A stretch of DNA of 64,000 nucleotides, taken from Acidobacteriota bacterium (GTDB lineage: Bacteria > Acidobacteriota > UBA6911 > JACQSX01). Position numbers and translations under genes: made by a program. Position 1 is the stretch's first letter; each line of letters opens with the position of its first letter. This document shows, one piece after another, positions 30,582 to 39,718 of this stretch. Location of the stretch: the NCBI GenBank assembly GCA_036507075.1, contig DASXQR010000192.1:43901-107900 (forward strand), read 5' to 3'. Below the pieces are notes generated by a model. It did no database searches, was not told the origin of the DNA, and worked only from the letters and a program-made list of their open reading frames with translations.

Positions 30582-30632
30582 GTCTGGCTTGGTGCCTTGG
30601 TGGTATTTTTTTTGAACCACCAAGACACCAAG
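30582..30632. repeat. Approx. 50 bp hairpin element (copy 2)
   Basis: gtctggcttggtgccttggtggtattttttttgaaccaccaagacaccaag. Confidence 0.8.
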
Positions 30633-30715
30633 ACTACAGACTTTGATTATGCATGGCCCTGGCGGACTAGCTCAGTTGGAAAGGATCAGATCACGATGTG
30701 GGATAGGAGAAATGA

Positions 30716-31990
30716 ATGATCCGGAAGAGAATATTCATGAGTGGGTTTGCAATTGCAACTGTCATCCTCCTTCCCGCGTACTTGAGCTTTTTCGAAACAG
30801 CCGGAGCGGAGAATCAAACGAGAACCACCCGAAAATCGTCCGCCGCATCTGCCGGTTCAAAGATCCCGGTGGTTCTGGTTACAACCGTAAAGTCCCAGCA
30901 ATTGATCCGTCAGGTAAGACTTCCTGCTGAATTGCAGGCGTACCAGGACGTGGCACTGTATGCGAAAGTGCCGGGATTCGTGGAATCCATTGCGGTGGAT
31001 CGCGGCTCTTTCGTCAAGCGCGGACAGTTATTGGCCCGCCTGACGGTCCCTGAGCTGGCCAGCCAGCGCAGGGAAGTGGAAGCAAAGGTTCGAGCCACTC
31101 AGTCGCAGCAGATCGAAGCGACCACACGCATACAGGCCGTCAAGGCTCAGCGCGCAGAGGCAGAAGCAAAACTGGCCTCAGACAATGCCACGTATCAGCG
31201 ATTGAAGCGAGCATCCGAAACACCCGGAGTGGTAGCTGGCAACGATTTGGAAATCGCGCTCCGGACCGTGGAGGCTGACCAGGCCAGAATCCAGCAGTAC
31301 CGCGAACTGGAGAAAGCTGCCGAGGAACAATTGAAATCGCTGCTGGAAAACGAGAAAGCCGCGCGCGCCGCAGCGCAATCTGTCGAAAACATTGAGTCCT
31401 ACCTTCGTATTAGGGCGCCTTTCGGCGGGATCGTCACCGAGCGCAATGCGCATCCCGGAAGTTACGTGGGACCGCCGGGCGGGTCGGGATCATTGCCGAT
31501 GCTGAGAATCCAGGACGTTTCACGCCTGCGTTTGGTGGTGCCCGTTCCGGAAGCAGAAATTGGCGGTGTGGTAAAAGGAACGCTTGTTCAATTCAGCGTG
31601 CGCGCCTTTCCAGGCCAGCTTTTCATCGGAAGTGTGCAGCGCATTGGACACTCGGTTGATTTCAGGACACGAACCATGCCTGTTGAAGTTGATGTCATCA
31701 ACAGAACAGGCCTTCTGGCTCCCGGAATGTTTCCCGAGGTTCTCTGGCCATCCCGGCGTCCAGGCGCATCATTATTTGTTCCCCCTGCGTCGGTCGTTTC
31801 CACGACGGAAAGAACATTCGTCATCCGCGTGCGGGGCGGCGAGGTTGAGTGGGTGGACGTGCGCCGTGGACAGGCGATGGATGAGCTGGTGGAGGTTTTT
31901 GGAAAACTGGCGCCGGGCGAAACGGTGGTGCTGCGTGGCACCGACGAGTTGCGGCCCGGAACCAGGGTTGTTCCAAAGTCTGCCAAGTAG
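30716..31990 (+). CDS. RND periplasmic adaptor (membrane fusion protein)
   Basis: [39 protein letters not shown]. Confidence 0.92.
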   Translation: MIRKRIFMSGFAIATVILLPAYLSFFETAGAENQTRTTRKSSAASAGSKIPVVLVTTVKSQQLIRQVRLPAELQAYQDVALYAKVPGFVESIAVDRGSFVKRGQLLARLTVPELASQRREVEAKVRATQSQQIEATTRIQAVKAQRAEAEAKLASDNATYQRLKRASETPGVVAGNDLEIALRTVEADQARIQQYRELEKAAEEQLKSLLENEKAARAAAQSVENIESYLRIRAPFGGIVTERNAHPGSYVGPPGGSGSLPMLRIQDVSRLRLVVPVPEAEIGGVVKGTLVQFSVRAFPGQLFIGSVQRIGHSVDFRTRTMPVEVDVINRTGLLAPGMFPEVLWPSRRPGASLFVPPASVVSTTERTFVIRVRGGEVEWVDVRRGQAMDELVEVFGKLAPGETVVLRGTDELRPGTRVVPKSAK

Positions 31991-32005
31991 CCTTGGTGCC
32001 CAAGT

Positions 32006-32060
32006 CTGTCTGGCTTTGGTGCCTCAGTGTTTGATTTTTTTGAACCACCAAGACACCAAG
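32006..32060. repeat. Approx. 50 bp hairpin element (copy 3)
   Basis: gtctggctttggtgcctcagtgtttgatttttttgaaccaccaagacaccaag. Confidence 0.75.
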
Positions 32061-32076
32061 CTAGCACGTGATCAAT

Positions 32077-32085
32077 TGATATAAT
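32077..32085 (+). promoter_or_regulatory. Extended -10 promoter element upstream of the Kdo hydroxylase
   Basis: TGaTATAAT, 42 bp before the GTG start. Confidence 0.5.
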
Positions 32086-32127
32086 GCGGGTCGAGAAATA
32101 AAGTTTAACGTTGGCAGAGGATTTACC

Positions 32128-33027
32128 GTGCAGGAATCAGGCGTACAGGAGCCGAAGGTCAACCAGGAAACAAGGGCGCTGGCCGAGCGGCTGGAACGCG
32201 GAGAGGTAGTCTTTTATCCTGTGTGTCCCTTTGCGCTGCCTGGAAAAGAAGACCTGGATTTTCTCCTGAAGCAGGAAGTTCGATGGGGCTCCAAGAACAT
32301 TATGCACGAGCCCCTGACCGGCCGGTTCCGGGGACTGCGGCGCCGTTCCAGCGAGCAGGCCGAACGTGTTCACCGCTTGCTGGCACAGTTCTCACAGGGA
32401 GTCATGCATTGGCTCACCGGCGTCCTTCCACAGTATGCCGCAACGTGGAGACCGGACCAGGTCACGTTTCGGCCCATCGAGGAATCGACGCGAAAATTAT
32501 CTGAGACCGCCCGCAATGACCTGCTCCACGTGGATGCGTTCCCCAGACGTCCCACAAACGGCTGGCGAATCCTCCGAGTTTTTGCCAACGTCAATCCGGC
32601 CCAGCCGCGGATCTGGGCAACGGCGGAAACATTTCCGGAATTGATGCGCCGGTACGGCGATTGCCTGACCCTGCGCCGGCAGGAGCCCACGGGCTTCAAG
32701 TCGGCGTTGAAGCAGTTGTCAGGCCTGCTTCAATCCAAACAGAACAACATTCCCCTTTACGATCAGTTGATGGCCCAGTTTCATCACTTCCTGAAACTGA
32801 ACCGGGACTTTCAGGAACATTGCGAGAAGCGGCTCTGGGAGTTTCCACCGGGATCGGCATGGATGGTCTTCACGGATGTCGCAACGCATGCGGCTCTCAA
32901 AGGGCGTTACGCGCTGGAGCACTCGTTTTATATCTCACCCAGGGCTCTGGTCATCCCGGATCAGTCTCCGGCGGCGATCCTGGAGCGGAAGTTCGGGCGC
33001 CCGGTGCTGGAACCGGCGGAAAGTTAG
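32128..33027 (+). CDS. kdoO: Kdo hydroxylase family dioxygenase
   Basis: LLHVDAFPRRPTNG.RILRVFANVNP, YDQLM..FH.FLK, FPPGSAWMVFTD..HAALKG. Confidence 0.85.
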   Translation: MQESGVQEPKVNQETRALAERLERGEVVFYPVCPFALPGKEDLDFLLKQEVRWGSKNIMHEPLTGRFRGLRRRSSEQAERVHRLLAQFSQGVMHWLTGVLPQYAATWRPDQVTFRPIEESTRKLSETARNDLLHVDAFPRRPTNGWRILRVFANVNPAQPRIWATAETFPELMRRYGDCLTLRRQEPTGFKSALKQLSGLLQSKQNNIPLYDQLMAQFHHFLKLNRDFQEHCEKRLWEFPPGSAWMVFTDVATHAALKGRYALEHSFYISPRALVIPDQSPAAILERKFGRPVLEPAES

Positions 33028-33037
33028 CGATCTGGGC

Positions 33038-33090
33038 GTTGGCGCCTTGGTGGTAAAGAAAAGATTAACCACAAAGGCACAAACGCACCA
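33038..33090. repeat. Hairpin element of the CACCAAG/CACAAAG family
   Basis: ttggcgccttggtggtaa...ttaaccacaaaggcacaaa. Confidence 0.65.
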
Positions 33091-33124
33091 GTCCAGCCAA
33101 CAGAACCAAGAGAAGCCGACACAC

Positions 33125-36100
33125 ATGAAAAAAGCATGCTCGACCGTCTTTTGTTTTGCGTCGCTGATTTTTGCAATGCTCTGTTCCGGGCCATTAAGGG
33201 CGGCAGAGGAACCGTTCAACGGCCCGCCTGAATTCAAAGGCATCAAGTATCGCCTCGCCGGCCCGTATGCCGGCGGGCGCATCTCGCGCGTTGCCGGCGT
33301 TCCGGCAGATCCGCTGACTTACTACGCAGCCACCGCGTCGGGAGGTGTCTGGAAGAGCAGCGACGGCGGGAAAGCATGGAAGCCGATCTTCGACAGCCAG
33401 CCAATTTCGTCAATCGGGTCAATCGCTGTTGCTCCTTCCGATCCCAACGTGATCTACGTCGGGTCGGGAGAAGCCAACATCCGGGGCAACGTCGCTGCGG
33501 GAAACGGGATCTACAAATCCACGGATGCCGGAAAAAGCTGGACTCACGCGTGGAATCAGGAAGGCCAGATCGGAACGATGGTAGTTCACCCGACAAACCC
33601 GGAGATTGCGCTGGCCGCCGTGCTCGGCCATGCCTTCGGACCCAACGAGCAGCGGGGTGTCTACAGGACACGCGATGGAGGGAAAACCTGGCAGCGGATC
33701 TTGTACAGGGATCCGGATACAGGCGCCTCGGACGTCTGCTTTGATCCTTCCAATCCCAACATTCTGTTTGCCGGTCTGTGGCAGGCGCGCCGGCGCCCCT
33801 GGCAACTGATCAGCGGAGGTCCGGGCAGCGGATTGTATGTGTCGCGCGACGGCGGAGAGACCTGGAAACAACTGGCCGGCAACGGCCTGCCTGAAGGAAT
33901 CTGGGGAAAAATCGGCGTGGCGGTGGCCCCTTCCAACGGCCTGCGTGTTTACGCCCTGATCGAAGCGGAAAAGGGCGGGCTGTTTCGTTCCGACGACGGC
34001 GGAGATAACTGGACACTGGTCAACGACGGACGCGGCCTCAGGCAGCGCGCCTGGTACTACTCGACCATCACGGTCGATCCTAAAAATCCCGACATTGTCT
34101 GGTGCCCGCAGGTGGCGCTGCTGAAGAGCATCGACGCAGGAAAAACTTTTAAAAACGTGAAGGGTCTGCACCACGGCGACCATCACGACGTCTGGATCGA
34201 TCCCGTCAATCCCCGGCGAATGATCAATGGCAACGACGGCGGCGTGGACATCAGCGTAAACGCGGGCGAGTCCTGGTTTGCGCCGCCCCTGCCGGTTTCC
34301 CAGTTCTACCACGTCGCTGCCGACAATCGGAACCCATACTTTGTTTCCGGCGCAATGCAGGATCTGGGCACTGTCGCCGGTCCCAGCAACAGCCTGAACT
34401 CCCGCGGCATTCGACTGGCCGACTGGCATGGAGTGGGAGGCGGAGAGGCCGGCTTCACCGCGCCCGATCCAAGCGATCCCCATGTTGTGTACGCGGGAGA
34501 ATACGGCGGGGTGATGACGCGCTTTGATCTTCGAACGCGCCAGGTTCGAAATGTAGCCGTGTTTCCTGTTAATCCAAGCGGCCATGGCGCCGAAGATCTG
34601 AAATACCGATTCCAGTGGACCGCGCCCATTCTGGTTTCTCCCCACGATCCGAAAACCGTTTATCACGGATCGAATGTGCTGTTTAAAACAACCGACGGCG
34701 GCATGACCTGGATTGCCATCAGTCCGGATTTGACGCGAAACGACAAGAGCAAGCAGAAATGGTCGGGCGGCCCGATCACCGGGGACAATACAGGCGTGGA
34801 AGTTTATTGCACAATCTTTGCCGTTGCCGAATCGCCACGGCAGAAAGACCTGATCTGGGTGGGAACGGATGACGGCCTGGTGCAGTTGTCGCGCGATGGA
34901 GGCAAAACATGGACCAACGTAACGGCCAATATTCCCGGGATGCCGGAATGGGGCACCGTCAGCATCATCGAGCCTTCGCCGTTTGACGCCGCCACTGCTT
35001 ATGTCGCCGTGGACGCTCACCGGCTCGACGACATGCGGCCTTACGTTTTCAAGACTGCGGATTACGGCCGGAGTTGGAAAAGCTTGAGCTCCGGTCTTCC
35101 CTCCGACGTGTACCTGCATGCAGTGCGCGAAGACCCAAAGAAGCGGGGTCTCCTCTACTTGGGCACCGAAAGAGGCGTCTCATACTCGACCGACGATGGC
35201 GCTTCCTGGAAGGCGCTCAACCTCAATCTTCCCGCAGTCGCCGTGCACGATCTGCTGGTTAAGAACAATGATCTCGTGATCGGCACGCATGGCAGGTCGG
35301 TCTGGATCCTGGACGATTTGACCCCGATTCGTGAAGCGTCATCGCAGATTCTTTCATCGGACATGCATCTTTTCCCTGCGCGGCCTGCCTACCGCTGGCG
35401 CTATCACGATGAGTTCCGCGACCCCGCCGCGGCAGAGAATCCTCCGCGCGGCGCTATCCTCTATTACTACCTGAAAAATAAGCCCAAGGGCGAACTGACC
35501 ATCGAGATCGTCGATTCGGCCGGCAAGTTCGTGAACACGCTTTCCAGCAAGAAGGAGCCGGAAGAAGAAGAGATCTTTGGAGAGTACGATGAAGACCGGG
35601 CCGAAAAAAAGCCCCTGCCCACCGAGGCGGGAGTGCAGCGGGCCAACTGGGATCTGACCCACGCCGGAGCATCGAAAATCAAAGGCGTCAAGGTAGACTC
35701 CGGTGATCCCTCGATCGGGCCGCTGGCAACCGCTGGAATTTACACGGCCCGGCTCAAAGTGGATGGAAAGACGGCTACTACTCCCATCACGGTCCTTGCA
35801 GACCAGAGAGTGCAGGCCTTGCCCGCCGAGCTGGACGAGCAGCTTAAATTTTCGCTCCAGGTACGCGATGCGCTCAATCGCCTCGCGCGGGTAGTGCAGC
35901 AGATCCGATCGATGAAGACGCAGCTCTCAAGTGAAACAGAACTGTGGAAGCAAAATCCAAAAATGGAATCCCTGGTAAAGCCGGCGCAGGCAATCATTGC
36001 CAAAGGCGACGCGCTGGAAGAGAAATTGCACAACCCGCGCGCCAAAATCAGCTATGACATCCTGGCCCAGCCGGGCGGCGCAAAGCTTTATTCACAATTG

Positions 36101-36289
36101 ACCTTCCTTTTCGACGCCGTCAAGAGCAGCGACGGACCGCCCACTCAGGGCATGCGACAGGTATTCGAACAAGAAAGCGCCGAGTTGGGCCGCTACGAGC
36201 AGGAACTTCAATCCGGGGTCATGAATGACTTGGCGGCGCTCAATGAAATGGCCAGAAAACTGGAAGTACCGCACATCGTGGTGCAGTGA
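33125..36289 (+). CDS. Secreted VPS10/sortilin-like BNR-repeat glycosyl hydrolase-like protein
   Basis: Multiple SxDGGxTW Asp-boxes, GGRI, YRFQWTAP, GTHGRS; signal peptide from MKKACS. Confidence 0.9.
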   Translation: MKKACSTVFCFASLIFAMLCSGPLRAAEEPFNGPPEFKGIKYRLAGPYAGGRISRVAGVPADPLTYYAATASGGVWKSSDGGKAWKPIFDSQPISSIGSIAVAPSDPNVIYVGSGEANIRGNVAAGNGIYKSTDAGKSWTHAWNQEGQIGTMVVHPTNPEIALAAVLGHAFGPNEQRGVYRTRDGGKTWQRILYRDPDTGASDVCFDPSNPNILFAGLWQARRRPWQLISGGPGSGLYVSRDGGETWKQLAGNGLPEGIWGKIGVAVAPSNGLRVYALIEAEKGGLFRSDDGGDNWTLVNDGRGLRQRAWYYSTITVDPKNPDIVWCPQVALLKSIDAGKTFKNVKGLHHGDHHDVWIDPVNPRRMINGNDGGVDISVNAGESWFAPPLPVSQFYHVAADNRNPYFVSGAMQDLGTVAGPSNSLNSRGIRLADWHGVGGGEAGFTAPDPSDPHVVYAGEYGGVMTRFDLRTRQVRNVAVFPVNPSGHGAEDLKYRFQWTAPILVSPHDPKTVYHGSNVLFKTTDGGMTWIAISPDLTRNDKSKQKWSGGPITGDNTGVEVYCTIFAVAESPRQKDLIWVGTDDGLVQLSRDGGKTWTNVTANIPGMPEWGTVSIIEPSPFDAATAYVAVDAHRLDDMRPYVFKTADYGRSWKSLSSGLPSDVYLHAVREDPKKRGLLYLGTERGVSYSTDDGASWKALNLNLPAVAVHDLLVKNNDLVIGTHGRSVWILDDLTPIREASSQILSSDMHLFPARPAYRWRYHDEFRDPAAAENPPRGAILYYYLKNKPKGELTIEIVDSAGKFVNTLSSKKEPEEEEIFGEYDEDRAEKKPLPTEAGVQRANWDLTHAGASKIKGVKVDSGDPSIGPLATAGIYTARLKVDGKTATTPITVLADQRVQALPAELDEQLKFSLQVRDALNRLARVVQQIRSMKTQLSSETELWKQNPKMESLVKPAQAIIAKGDALEEKLHNPRAKISYDILAQPGGAKLYSQLTFLFDAVKSSDGPPTQGMRQVFEQESAELGRYEQELQSGVMNDLAALNEMARKLEVPHIVVQ

Positions 36290-36295
36290 AAACGG

Positions 36296-37168
36296 ATGGA
36301 ACTCAACAACAGCGCCACGATGACCGAGGCCGGGTCGGACCGATTGCGAACAAAGATTGAGGAGATCGGGTCGGGATGTGAACTGGGGATCGCCTTTTTC
36401 GATTATCAGACACAGTCGAAATGGAGCTATCAGGGAGACCGTTGGTTTCATGCCGCCAGCACCATCAAGGCGGCGGTGCTGCTGGCGCTCTTTAAAGCAA
36501 TCGAGGAGGGTCGTTTCAGCCTCGATTCGCGGCTGCATGTGCGCAACCGCTTCCTGAGCGCCGTGGACGGCGAACCCTATCGTATTTCCGCGGATCGCGA
36601 CGCGGACAGCAAGGTTCACTCCGCGCTGGGAAAGACCATGCGGCTCGGGGATCTGGCGCTGCAGATGATTGTAACCAGCAGCAATCTGGCCACCAATCTG
36701 CTGGTAGACCTGATCGGAATCCGAGAGGCGCAGCAGTCCATTTCTGCTCTGGGCTGCCCGGGAATTGAACTTCTTCGGGGTGTCGAGGATCGAAAAGCCT
36801 TCGATACAAATATCATCAATCGAGTCACCGCCGAAGGCCTGCTCGAACTTTTTCGGGCGATTTATGAACAACGAAATTTATCAAGCGAATCTGCGCAGCG
36901 AATGCTGGAAATCCTGAATCAACAGGAGTTCAACAGCGGAATTCCAGCCGGCCTGCCCACTTCGATTCGCGAGCAGTGCCGCGTTGCTCATAAAACCGGC
37001 GACATTTCCCGCGTTGCTCATGACGCCGGGCTGGTATTTCTGCCGAATCGAAAACCTTATGCGCTGGCAATACTGACCGAAGCCGGCGCGGAGAACTCAA
37101 CAAAGCAGGAAAAAGTGGCTAGGATTTCCGAGGTAATCTATCAGCACCTTATTTCGGATGGGGAATGA
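36296..37168 (+). CDS. Class A beta-lactamase-fold serine hydrolase, no signal peptide
   Basis: AASTIK (SxxK), SSN (SxN), HKTG, HDAG. Confidence 0.88.
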   Translation: MELNNSATMTEAGSDRLRTKIEEIGSGCELGIAFFDYQTQSKWSYQGDRWFHAASTIKAAVLLALFKAIEEGRFSLDSRLHVRNRFLSAVDGEPYRISADRDADSKVHSALGKTMRLGDLALQMIVTSSNLATNLLVDLIGIREAQQSISALGCPGIELLRGVEDRKAFDTNIINRVTAEGLLELFRAIYEQRNLSSESAQRMLEILNQQEFNSGIPAGLPTSIREQCRVAHKTGDISRVAHDAGLVFLPNRKPYALAILTEAGAENSTKQEKVARISEVIYQHLISDGE

Positions 37169-37771
37169 ATGGCAGACGAGCCCTCGGTGCCGTTGAAGGT
37201 AGTAGACGGCCTGGATCTGGATGAGAAATATCGCAAGGCTTTAAGGCCGGGCGATTTACTCCAAGATCGAGATGGAAACGCACGTCGCCTTCCCAGATTC
37301 TTTTATGAAATCGATTCCTGGGATAGGGCGAGGAAAATAGAACTCTCGCCGCATTTCGCCTTGTGGGAGTTTATCAACACCGATCTGCACGAGGTGGAAA
37401 CACTGCGCCGCTTTCCACGGTACATTCCCTGCGCCGTTGCCGCCCTTGCGGCGGCGCTGGAAGTATTGAGGGCGCATCTCGGCACCGTGGTACACATTGC
37501 CGCAAACGGCGGCTATCGCTCGCCTGCCCATAAGCTGTCGGGCCACGCATCCACCCATCACTGGGCGACGGCTGCAAATATTTACCGGATCGGGGATGAA
37601 TATATTGACGGGGAGGAAAAGATTCAGAAGTACGCGGAAATAGCACGCAAGTTACTGCCGGCTGTTTGGCCTCGCCCCTTTGGCCATAATGTGGGCTTCG
37701 CCGATGACCACCTGCATCTGGATCTGGGCTACGCAGTGCTGGTGCCGCGCGACGCGGGCAGCGAGGCTTAA
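37169..37771 (+). CDS. Peptidase M15A-like (D-Ala-D-Ala carboxypeptidase fold) protein
   Basis: LSPHFALWEF, GGYRSPAH, STHHWATAANI, HLHLD. Confidence 0.75.
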   Translation: MADEPSVPLKVVDGLDLDEKYRKALRPGDLLQDRDGNARRLPRFFYEIDSWDRARKIELSPHFALWEFINTDLHEVETLRRFPRYIPCAVAALAAALEVLRAHLGTVVHIAANGGYRSPAHKLSGHASTHHWATAANIYRIGDEYIDGEEKIQKYAEIARKLLPAVWPRPFGHNVGFADDHLHLDLGYAVLVPRDAGSEA

Positions 37772-37780
37772 CGCGGTAAA

Positions 37781-38127
37781 AGAATCACCACAAAGACACA
37801 ACCGGTCCGTGGGCCGCAACCAAAGAAAAAGCCGAGGACGGTCACGTGCACGGGCACGTCAACGATAGACGTCAACGATCACGCTCACGAAAAAAATTCG
37901 TAATTTTGCCTCCTGGCCGGTTAAGTATGATTAAGCTCTGAAATCTGCAGCAGCATTTTTGGTGGACATTGACGTGCACGTGCTCGTAGACGATAAACGT
38001 CGACGTTGACGTGACCGGTCTTGTCTTCTGAAATCTTGTCGAAAAGACAAGAAGTTGCCAACGTGCTACACAAACGTCATAAATAATTCTTGTAGCTTCG
38101 TGCTCTTCGTGCCTTTGTGGTGAATCT
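37781..38127. repeat. Large composite nested element
   Basis: Outer atcaccacaaagacac / gtgcctttgtggtgaat, GCCGCAACCAAA, inner inverted hexamer arrays (cacgtgcacgggcacgtc / gacgtgcacgtgctcgt). Confidence 0.8.
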
Positions 38128-38213
38128 TTTCACAAGCACAGTGCAACGAGCCCGGGATTTTTGCAGGAACTTCCCCTCAGGATACAATCGATTTAGACAA
38201 CCGGTACACGGCC

Positions 38214-39482
38214 ATGAAGCGCATTAAGAAGATCCCTGCCCATCCTAAGGCGGGCCAGGAGGCTCGGGCTACACTTGAGCTCGCCGCCATCGGAATCGAG
38301 GCGGAGTTTCAACTGGCGTTAAATGGCCAGCTAACTGACGTAGAAGCATTGTTTCGCGATCCGCGAAGCTTCATTCGAGGAAGTCTGATGCATCGCATCG
38401 GCACCTCTTATCATCTGCCCACCGGGGGCGCGGTTTACTTCGATACCGGTGTCGTTGAGATCGCCACTCCCGTCATTGAGATCGAAAGAGGCTGTGCCGC
38501 TCGGGCTGGCCGCTCGCTATGGGAATCGATCTTATATGTGCGCGCCGAGATGGACGAATGGGAGCGGAACACCGGGAATTCCACACGGCTAACGGGGTTC
38601 AGCACCCACTACAACGTTTCGTTTGAATTGAATTCCCACCAGCAGGGAAAAAATAAGACTCTGGAAAAACTGGCCGTGCTGCTCTGTCACATCCTTCCGG
38701 TGCCGGTAATGATTCTGGCGGCAAATCGACGCTCCACCGGCGTAGGCGTCCGGCCTCGCGGCGATCGCATCGAAATTACAGTCGACTTCACTCCCAGCTC
38801 TTCACTGATGATCGCAACCGGCACGCTGATCACGGGCATCGTGCGTGAAGTAATGCGGTGGCCGTCCTTTGAATTGCAGGCGCTGCGGCGGCGCGGGCTT
38901 CCCGTTTTACAAGGCTTCAAACCGATTCCCCACACCACACGCAAGGGCTGGCTTGCCAATATCGACAGCTATCCGCAAAACCCGTTTCGCGCGGACATCG
39001 ACGCGCCCGATTGGAAACTGCAGACCGATATAGCAGGAAAACGCGCAACCGGGAAGAATCCCGCCGGCGAAACAAAGCACTCGCTGAGACAAGTCGGCTA
39101 CCGGATCTTTCGATACTTCTGGCGTCCGGTGGCGCGCATTTCAGACCCCTTTACGTATCGGCTGATTGCTTCCGTGCTGCAGGGTCATGCCCCGTCGCTG
39201 CTGGATCTTCCGGACCGCCCGCCCGAATATAACGATGTGGGCCGGCTGTGCAGATGGGAAAACCTGTTTCCGGAAAAGGTGATGGCTCGTTCCCGTTACG
39301 AGCGCGTCCTGATCCGGGCAATTTCCGGACGAAAGCTTCGAATCGGAGGCGGTGGTTACACCCCCACCGGCATGCGCGGCTGGTCACGCGTCGTGTTCCG
39401 TCGCGATGCAGATGGAACGCGTCATATCTTCTCAATCGACTACCTGCTGAATCATCTGCAGGACTGGGAGAGAGGGGAGTGA
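38214..39482 (+). CDS. PafA/Dop-like carboxylate-amine ligase-fold protein
   Basis: IGIEAEF, LPTGGAVYFDTGVVEIATP, GFSTHYN and RIEITVD parallel the PafA motifs GIETEF, LxNGARLYLDxGxHPEYAT, GCHENY and RLHVIVGD. Confidence 0.7.
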   Translation: MKRIKKIPAHPKAGQEARATLELAAIGIEAEFQLALNGQLTDVEALFRDPRSFIRGSLMHRIGTSYHLPTGGAVYFDTGVVEIATPVIEIERGCAARAGRSLWESILYVRAEMDEWERNTGNSTRLTGFSTHYNVSFELNSHQQGKNKTLEKLAVLLCHILPVPVMILAANRRSTGVGVRPRGDRIEITVDFTPSSSLMIATGTLITGIVREVMRWPSFELQALRRRGLPVLQGFKPIPHTTRKGWLANIDSYPQNPFRADIDAPDWKLQTDIAGKRATGKNPAGETKHSLRQVGYRIFRYFWRPVARISDPFTYRLIASVLQGHAPSLLDLPDRPPEYNDVGRLCRWENLFPEKVMARSRYERVLIRAISGRKLRIGGGGYTPTGMRGWSRVVFRRDADGTRHIFSIDYLLNHLQDWERGE

Positions 39483-39485
39483 TTC

Positions 39486-39688
39486 GAAATGCGGAATGGG
39501 GAATGCGGAATGGGGAATGCGGAATGGGGAATGCGGAATAGGGAATGCGGAAGGCGGAAAGCGGAAGGCGGAGGTGGATTTCGGAGTGCAGAAGGCGGAG
39601 TGTCTAACTCAAGTGTTCAAGGCCGAGCTCAAAATCTCTCCCTATTCTGCTTTCCGCCTTCCCCATTCCGCATTCCGAAATCCGCATT
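39486..39688. repeat. Heptamer (GGAATGC/GGAATGG) inverted repeat element between convergent genes
   Basis: gaaatgcggaatggggaatgcggaat... / ...ttccccattccgcattccgaaatccgcattt. Confidence 0.85.
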
Positions 39689-39718
39689 TGAGTCGGTGAG
39701 AACAATCGACGCGGAGAT

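Noticed and set aside
25971..32060. Recurrent 50-bp repeats as a possible CRISPR or integron attC array
   Set aside because: The copies are kilobases apart with whole operon genes between them, there is no cas or integrase gene, no attC-type core sites were recognised, and the repeat belongs to the window-wide family.
12646..35119. Long antisense ORFs (for example 12646-13923, 17813-18832, 33419-35119)
   Set aside because: Shadow frames opposite well-supported genes in high-GC DNA, with no recognisable motifs.
36296..37168. Calling this an antibiotic-resistance beta-lactamase
   Set aside because: It has no signal peptide and no clearly placed Glu166-type omega-loop motif; the fold alone does not show beta-lactam hydrolysis.
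33125..37771. Three ORFs in one frame separated only by TGA stops (36289, 37168), in a genome with selB: possible selenocysteine readthrough
   Set aside because: Each ORF is a complete, unrelated fold with its own ATG, the UGA positions do not match a catalytic Cys, and no convincing SECIS was seen. Similar in-frame abutting occurs with TAG at 27439.
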